Below, one piece after another: positions 58,799 through 64,000 of a DNA stretch of 64,000 nt. Origin of the DNA: an uncultured Pseudomonadales bacterium. GTDB lineage: Bacteria > Patescibacteriota > Microgenomatia > UBA1400 > UBA12108. A program made the translations under genes and the position numbers. The notes beneath the pieces are model-generated. The model did not search any database. It saw only the letters and a program-made list of their open reading frames with translations, and was not told the DNA's origin. Positions within the stretch are counted from its first letter, which is position 1. The number at the start of each line of letters is the position of its first letter. The stretch is from NCBI GenBank assembly GCA_964502225.1, contig CAZCUC010000004.1, positions 2,641-66,640 of the forward strand. The letters run 5' to 3'.

Positions 58799-59950
58799 AT
58801 GCGACCATGGGAAGATCCTAATTTAGTAGTTCCAGATAAAAGGGTGGTTGAATCACCCCAGGGCGCGTGGCTGATCGTGAATGGGAAAAAAGTATTGAAT
58901 ATGTGTTCAAATAATTACTTGGGGTTAGCAGGTGATACACGGATTGGGCAAGCGGCAATTGAGGCAATACAGAAATATGGGGTTGGGCCAGGGGCAGTTA
59001 GAACACTTTCTGGCAACACAAAAATGCATGAAGAGCTGGAAGCAAAGTTGGCCAAGTTTAAAGGTGCCGAGGCCGCACTCGTTGTACAAGGCGGATATAT
59101 TGCCAACCTGGTTGCGATCCAAACATTGATGACGAAGGAAGACTACATCGTATCCGATGAACTTAATCATGCGTCAATTATTGATGCCATCCGACTGGCG
59201 GGAGTGAAAAACAAGTATATCTACAAACACAATGACATGGCCGATCTAGAGGAAAAACTAAAAGAGATTGGGGCTACGGACAAACAAGTGATGATTGTCA
59301 CGGACGGAGTTTTTTCGATGGACGGAGATATTGCTCCCCTGCCAAAGATTGTAGAGCTCGCAAAAAAATACAACGCCATCACAGTGGTTGATGATGCTCA
59401 TGGTGAAGGCGTGCTCGGAAATGCCCGGGGGATAGTAGAGCACTTTAAGCTACATGGCCAGGTAGATGTAGAAATTGGGACCCTGTCGAAAGCGTTTGGG
59501 GTAGTGGGTGGAGTCATTGCTGGCAAAAAACAATTGATTGACTACTTGAGAACCAAGGCAAGACAGTTTTTGTTTTCGACAGGAATATCGATTCCTGATG
59601 CGGCCGCGCTGATTGCGGGTGTTGAGATCTTAGAACAATCGGATGAGTTGGTGCACAAGCTTTGGGAGAATGGTGATTATCTAAAGAGCGAGTTTAAGAA
59701 AGCTGGGTTTGATACGGGAGTATCTGAGACCCCAATCACCCCAGTAATGATCGGCGATGAACAAAAATCGATTGAGTTTTCTAGAGAACTGTTTAACGAA
59801 GGCATTTTTGCCACCCCAATCAAGTTCCCGATGGTGGCACAAGGCAAGGCTAGGATCAGAGTGATGCCATCCGCCTCGCACAGCAAAGCAGATCTTGATA
59901 TCGCGATTGCTGGATTTGTGAAAGTAGGGAAAAAGTTGGGAATAATTTAG
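58799..59950 (+). CDS. kbl: Glycine C-acetyltransferase (2-amino-3-ketobutyrate CoA ligase)
   Basis: [44 protein letters not shown]; start could be 58775 or 58799. Confidence 0.88.
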   Translation: MRPWEDPNLVVPDKRVVESPQGAWLIVNGKKVLNMCSNNYLGLAGDTRIGQAAIEAIQKYGVGPGAVRTLSGNTKMHEELEAKLAKFKGAEAALVVQGGYIANLVAIQTLMTKEDYIVSDELNHASIIDAIRLAGVKNKYIYKHNDMADLEEKLKEIGATDKQVMIVTDGVFSMDGDIAPLPKIVELAKKYNAITVVDDAHGEGVLGNARGIVEHFKLHGQVDVEIGTLSKAFGVVGGVIAGKKQLIDYLRTKARQFLFSTGISIPDAAALIAGVEILEQSDELVHKLWENGDYLKSEFKKAGFDTGVSETPITPVMIGDEQKSIEFSRELFNEGIFATPIKFPMVAQGKARIRVMPSASHSKADLDIAIAGFVKVGKKLGII

Positions 59951-59974
59951 TCCTTCGGCAAAGCTCAGGGCTTG

Positions 59975-60526
59975 TCAGCCGACGGCTACTTCGGAAAGCA
60001 AGACTCCCTCGCAGATGAGCCCGCGGTTTTGGAATTCGGCGTTGAGCTCCTTTTTGAGGGCTCCTTCGAGCTCTGCACGAGAGTTTTTGACGACATTTGC
60101 GTCAACGGTCGAAAAAATTGCTGAGATTTTGCTACGACTAAAAGGCCGGATCACTTTAGAGACAAAGTGTTCGCCAATGTTTTCCCATAACTCTGGTGCG
60201 TTTTGCTTGTCAATGCGAAATAGAATAGAACCTTCGACTGTAACCCCTACCCCGTCTTTGGTGGTTGATTTGATGGGTTCATCCCCGAGTATTTCTTTGT
60301 TTTTGAGATCAAAACCTTTGTGAATGGTGTACTCGAGAACCTGGGCATTGAATAGCTTGGCAACCTGCCAAAAAGGTATTTTTAAGTGGAGACCAGGACC
60401 GTAGACATTTTTGAGCACCCCGCGACCTCGATCATAGACACAGGCGACGTGGCCGGGCGGAACAGAGATGAAAAATCCCCCTACTACCTCGTCAGCCAAA
60501 AATGAGACTACTAGATTGTCAAACAT
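59975..60526 (-). CDS. SPFH/prohibitin-domain protein
   Basis: VPPGHV...GPGLHLKIPFWQ, TKDG..V.VEGS. Confidence 0.85.
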   Translation of the reverse strand: MFDNLVVSFLADEVVGGFFISVPPGHVACVYDRGRGVLKNVYGPGLHLKIPFWQVAKLFNAQVLEYTIHKGFDLKNKEILGDEPIKSTTKDGVGVTVEGSILFRIDKQNAPELWENIGEHFVSKVIRPFSRSKISAIFSTVDANVVKNSRAELEGALKKELNAEFQNRGLICEGVLLSEVAVG

Positions 60527-60547
60527 ACAGTGCTAATTGTAGCATCT

Positions 60548-60662
60548 TTCGGCTAATCGGTATGCCAGATAGCCAGAAAACTCGGAGATCCAGGGTTTCT
60601 GAGAATCTGACAATCAGACAGTCTGGTCTATCTGGCTTTCTGAGTGTTCTGGTTGTCTGATT
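60548..60662. repeat. Degenerate 8-mer arrays in opposite orientations extending into the yidC 3' end
   Basis: CAGA-anchored units followed by TCTG-anchored units with roughly 8-nt period. Confidence 0.6.
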
Positions 60663-61393
60663 TCTTCTGGCGGTTTTGGCGTGTATTTGTCCACTAGTTT
60701 TTGACCCCACTCCTGGAGGAGCTTGACTGCGTGGTAGACGGCCGAAAAAACCAGTGAAGTAATGACAAAAATCTTTTTACCTGAGGGAAGAAACATAAAA
60801 ATAACAAAAGAACCAATGGGTAAGACTATTTGGAGCAGGGCTTTGTCTTTGCGGGAAATAGGCAAGGGAGACCGCAAAGCAACCAAAACTTCAACAACAA
60901 AAATCATAATTGATTGAACTAAGTTGAGAGTGGCGTTGGTATGGCTAAGATCATATTTGCCTAAGAATAGTAGATTGATGTGGTCTGGAGTCGGAACAAA
61001 ATCGTAGAGGAGGTAAAAATCGGCCCCCTCGAGACCGGTCGTAAATATGCGGTAAAGCATGATGATAATGGCAAGGCCAATAATTAGGTTGGCAGTAGTC
61101 GCCAAGACCGAGCGAAGATTACTACGCATGATTGATTTGATCTCGGCTCGTAGGCGGATGGGCTCGTGTGAGTAGACCTGTTTGGCTTGTTCGACTTGGT
61201 CGATGATTTTCTTTTTTTCTTCTTCGGAGCGCTCACCTGCCAGACGAAGGGGGAAAAGAATAACTTGAATAATAATCGAAAAAATAATGACGGCAACACC
61301 CATGTCGGCCAACTCGGGGGAGATTTTGCCTAGTAGCTCGTAGAGTCCGACGAGAATATTAAAAAAGGGTGCGTAGACGTATTTCTCAAACAT
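60614..61393 (-). CDS. yidC: YidC/Oxa1-family membrane protein insertase
   Basis: G.AVII.S.II..ILFPL, coiled hairpin, FLG..DLS, LPSG; divergent member. Confidence 0.78.
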   Translation of the reverse strand: MFEKYVYAPFFNILVGLYELLGKISPELADMGVAVIIFSIIIQVILFPLRLAGERSEEEKKKIIDQVEQAKQVYSHEPIRLRAEIKSIMRSNLRSVLATTANLIIGLAIIIMLYRIFTTGLEGADFYLLYDFVPTPDHINLLFLGKYDLSHTNATLNLVQSIMIFVVEVLVALRSPLPISRKDKALLQIVLPIGSFVIFMFLPSGKKIFVITSLVFSAVYHAVKLLQEWGQKLVDKYTPKPPEEIRQPEHSESQIDQTV

Positions 61394-61417
61394 AAGTTAG
61401 ATTATAGACGATAGATG

Positions 61418-61960
61418 TTAGATGTTGGCTTTTTGGATGATCTTGGTGGTGGAAATATCTGGATTCCAGTCGTGGACAATGACCAAGCGACCGCCGTATT
61501 TTTCGGTTAGTAGTTGTTTGTTGTTGAGATAGGAGGTGTGGGAACTCACGGCATAGATATCGGGGCGGACGGCTGACATGAGGGACTCGTAGGCTTCGAG
61601 GTGATCAAAATTGGAAGAAAGAGAAATGACAAAATCAACTATGTGTCCATTAGGGCCAGGCCTCGCAGGTAAACTGCTCGGACCTGCAAGGCCTGGCCCT
61701 GCAGGGATATCGAGATCCAATAGATGCTGACAACGTACTGGCTGGGTTTCGACGGGTCTCCCCTCACCTTTAATTTTGCGGGCTCGCTCATCGGACTCGA
61801 CCCCGACGATCAAAACATCCCCTGATGCCTTGGCTTTTTGCAGGAAATTCACGTGCTCAGCGTGAAGGAGATCAAAGAAGCCAGTGGCGAGAACGATAGT
61901 TTTACCCTCAGCGTGGAGCTGGACGCAGATGGGAGTAATAGTTTTGATAGTGTGAAACAT
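61418..61960 (-). CDS. RfaE/TagD-like cytidylyltransferase-family protein
   Basis: ATGFFDLLHAEH, LIVGVESD, KGEGRP, ISTTKII; contains a palindromic insert. Confidence 0.87.
   Translation of the reverse strand: MFHTIKTITPICVQLHAEGKTIVLATGFFDLLHAEHVNFLQKAKASGDVLIVGVESDERARKIKGEGRPVETQPVRCQHLLDLDIPAGPGLAGPSSLPARPGPNGHIVDFVISLSSNFDHLEAYESLMSAVRPDIYAVSSHTSYLNNKQLLTEKYGGRLVIVHDWNPDISTTKIIQKANI
61652..61700. repeat. 49-bp GC-rich palindrome inserted in-frame in the cytidylyltransferase gene
   Basis: AGGGCCAGGCCT-CGCAGGT...ACCTGCA-AGGCCTGGCCCT, encoding AGPGLAGPSSLPARPGP. Confidence 0.8.
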
Positions 61961-61967
61961 GAAGATA

Positions 61968-62825
61968 TTATACCTTTGGGGCGGGATCCTTGGGGTGGAA
62001 GAAGGCAGAATTGAGAGTGATGTATTCGCGAGTGATTTTTGGGCGCATGTAGGAGAGTTGAAGGCGGTATGACAGGGATTCTATAACCATGAATACTCTC
62101 CTCCCAGCTGCCGCTGGACCCTTCTCGACTTGCAGTCGGGAATTCCTGTTGAGGAGAGTCCTCTTCGGGAGCGGGAAATTGGGGAGATAAGAAGAAATCC
62201 AGGAGTTGGCAAAGAGGAGAGCTGAGCGAGTATTGTGGGGGTCGTGCAGTGGGATGGCCTGAATAAGCTCGTAAGCAGTGTAGAGAGATCTGCGATCAGG
62301 TGGTAGAAGATAGGAGGAAGGAGAGAGGTAGAGGTTGAGACATAGTTTTCCTGTGTTGTGCTTGGAGTGAGGGGTGCGGCGTAAACCGAGTATCGAAGTA
62401 TAGAGAGTGAGGAGGAGGCGCGTAGTCCAGAGTCGACCTGGGCGCGTAATGATCATAAAGTCGATATCTGAACTCTGACTAGAGTTGTGCATCGCGAGCG
62501 AACCAGTCAAGTAAATTGCATAAACCCCGGGGATACGCGCGAGTCGCCCTGATAGAGATTTGGCACGGACAAGATGAGGAGAAGATAGTTGTGTGCGTTT
62601 GTGCCGGCGAGCAACCAGCGAGGACCTACCTGGGAGATGATAGTAGTCACCAGTCCGGAAGATGGTGTCCTTTTTTAGCATAGATTTTAAAGTTCCGAAC
62701 ACTCGTTCTAGAGAACAAGGTTCGGAACTATATAGCCGCAGGTGGATTTCTTTGAGAGTCAAGGGGAAGCCAAAGTGATCGGAATATTTGAGAGTCCGGA
62801 GAATAGCGGTAGCGAGTGAGGTCAT
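61968..62825 (-). CDS. Pol-beta-superfamily nucleotidyltransferase-domain protein
   Basis: TL.YSD.F.FPLT N terminus, LTGSLA...SDIDF, KLCLN, YTAYE, FHP. Confidence 0.85.
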   Translation of the reverse strand: MTSLATAILRTLKYSDHFGFPLTLKEIHLRLYSSEPCSLERVFGTLKSMLKKDTIFRTGDYYHLPGRSSLVARRHKRTQLSSPHLVRAKSLSGRLARIPGVYAIYLTGSLAMHNSSQSSDIDFMIITRPGRLWTTRLLLTLYTSILGLRRTPHSKHNTGKLCLNLYLSPSSYLLPPDRRSLYTAYELIQAIPLHDPHNTRSALLFANSWISSYLPNFPLPKRTLLNRNSRLQVEKGPAAAGRRVFMVIESLSYRLQLSYMRPKITREYITLNSAFFHPKDPAPKV

Positions 62826-64000
62826 TTGGCCTCGGGATATTTGGCCAGGACTTGGGTTACACCGTCATCGAGGGTTTTGAGGATACTCCCGACAGTAGAG
62901 CCCCCATTGATGGCGTTGATCGCATCTTCGTAGTACTTGCTGAGACCGTCGTTGAGACCGTCGTCGTAGGTGCGATCAGCGAGATACCAAGATTTGTAAT
63001 TGGGGCCCTGAGAAACAAAGGGGGCGGCGAGAGGGTCGCTGGCGAGAGTACTACCGAGACTAACGAGGGGATATGGCTCACCGAGCGCCCTGATTTGAGA
63101 GGCACCAGCATACATTTTTTGAAGGACAGCGGGAGAGCTGAGATATTTGATAAATTTCCAGGCTTCGGTTTGGTTTTTGCTGTAGATGGGGACGGCCTCG
63201 GCCCAGTAACTGGCCCAGGCATAATTGGCGGATGGGAGCACGGGTGCTGGGGCGACCTTGAAGTTTAAGTTGGGGTTGATGGCTTTAATTTCGGAGATTT
63301 GCCAGGATGGCGCAATTATCATGGCGACGGTACCAGTTGCGAAAGCATAAACAGAGTTGGGCTGGCTGGCGTCCCAGGACTTGTCCTGCGTAGAGACGAT
63401 GGTGTAGAAAGTGAGGGCGTCTTGGACGGCTGTCTCACTAGGCTTGCCCGGATTGCCTGAGTTTTGTAATATGAGGAGCCCCAAGATGTCGGACCAGTGC
63501 TCGACGTTGTTGGTAGTGCCGAGGGCTACCCCTGCTCGCTCGATGATTTTGGTTTCGGGGTTGGTTTTGGTCAAATCAAAGGCTAGCTTGCGCAGAGTGT
63601 TCCAATCGGCAGGTGGGGTACTCCCGGTTTCTTTGAAGATATCTTCGTTATAAAGAAGCGCGAGACCATCAATCTCGAGAGGTAGTGCATAGATTTTGCC
63701 GCCACTGACAAAGTTTTTTTGGACGATAGGATAGTAGTCGCTCAGATCGGAAGCTTTAAGGATAGTCTCTGGTGCTGGACTCAAGTCTTTTTTGAGCATT
63801 GGTAGCCAGGTATTGTGGATGCGAACTATATCGGGAGGATTGGCCTGGGTCCCGGCAGACAAAAAACGAGTCCGGTAGTTTTTGGCATTTTGCATAGTGT
63901 AGTTGATTTTGACGTTTGGATTGGCGCTCTCGTAGTCTGCAATCACTCCTTGCAAGACGGAACTGGGCTCCCAGAGTCCCCAGTAAGTGAGCGTGACGGG
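62822..64000 (-). CDS. Extracellular solute-binding protein of sugar ABC type; 5' end outside the window
   Basis: LTYWGLWE at the edge, PDIVRIHNTW, IYALP...LALLYNEDIF, AWKFIKYL. Confidence 0.9.
   Translation of the reverse strand, partial: PVTLTYWGLWEPSSVLQGVIADYESANPNVKINYTMQNAKNYRTRFLSAGTQANPPDIVRIHNTWLPMLKKDLSPAPETILKASDLSDYYPIVQKNFVSGGKIYALPLEIDGLALLYNEDIFKETGSTPPADWNTLRKLAFDLTKTNPETKIIERAGVALGTTNNVEHWSDILGLLILQNSGNPGKPSETAVQDALTFYTIVSTQDKSWDASQPNSVYAFATGTVAMIIAPSWQISEIKAINPNLNFKVAPAPVLPSANYAWASYWAEAVPIYSKNQTEAWKFIKYLSSPAVLQKMYAGASQIRALGEPYPLVSLGSTLASDPLAAPFVSQGPNYKSWYLADRTYDDGLNDGLSKYYEDAINAINGGSTVGSILKTLDDGVTQVLAKYPEAK

Noticed and set aside
60528-60536. CIRCE half-site (CAGTGCTAA) before the SPFH gene; similar half-sites near 2924 and 39957
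   Set aside because: No matching second arm at 9-bp spacing.

Overview
Chromosomal window of a small-genome bacterium using genetic code 11. The gene repertoire (N-terminally truncated IF-2, zinc-finger-less DnaJ, PilN/PilO, FemAB, LCP, YerC, DUF4342) suggests a Patescibacteria/CPR organism of Microgenomates type; this is an inference. Housekeeping content: infB, nusA, lepA, rpsT, metG, tRNA-Cys, pyrH, upp, gap, tpiA, tdh-kbl, murJ, two UvrD-family helicases, rmuC, yidC, and a dispersed CIRCE/HrcA heat-shock regulon (hrcA-grpE-dnaK, dnaJ, hsp20, groES-groEL). No integrase, transposase, reverse transcriptase or CRISPR array was seen. The most interesting signals are: (1) a MerR gene with a 19-bp-spacer operator promoter, coupled to an unannotated 15-aa Cys-rich micro-peptide (MTDGTCCGGQDTCSC); (2) a pilNO-led array of Cys-rich membrane-anchored proteins in an A-B-A'-B-C layout, with an apparently identical 1194-bp duplication, a repeated 6-Cys module and a C-terminal PV(T/A)G-TM signal, next to a double GT-C/PMT fusion and an LCP gene; (3) several families of REP-like palindromes and 7/8-mer arrays sitting in-frame inside housekeeping genes, with three inserts in lepA; (4) widespread apparent leaderless transcription; (5) a duplicated HIT 5' end marking a gene-capture scar; (6) a 966-aa Cys-rich stalk protein with a possible wall-hydrolase tip.
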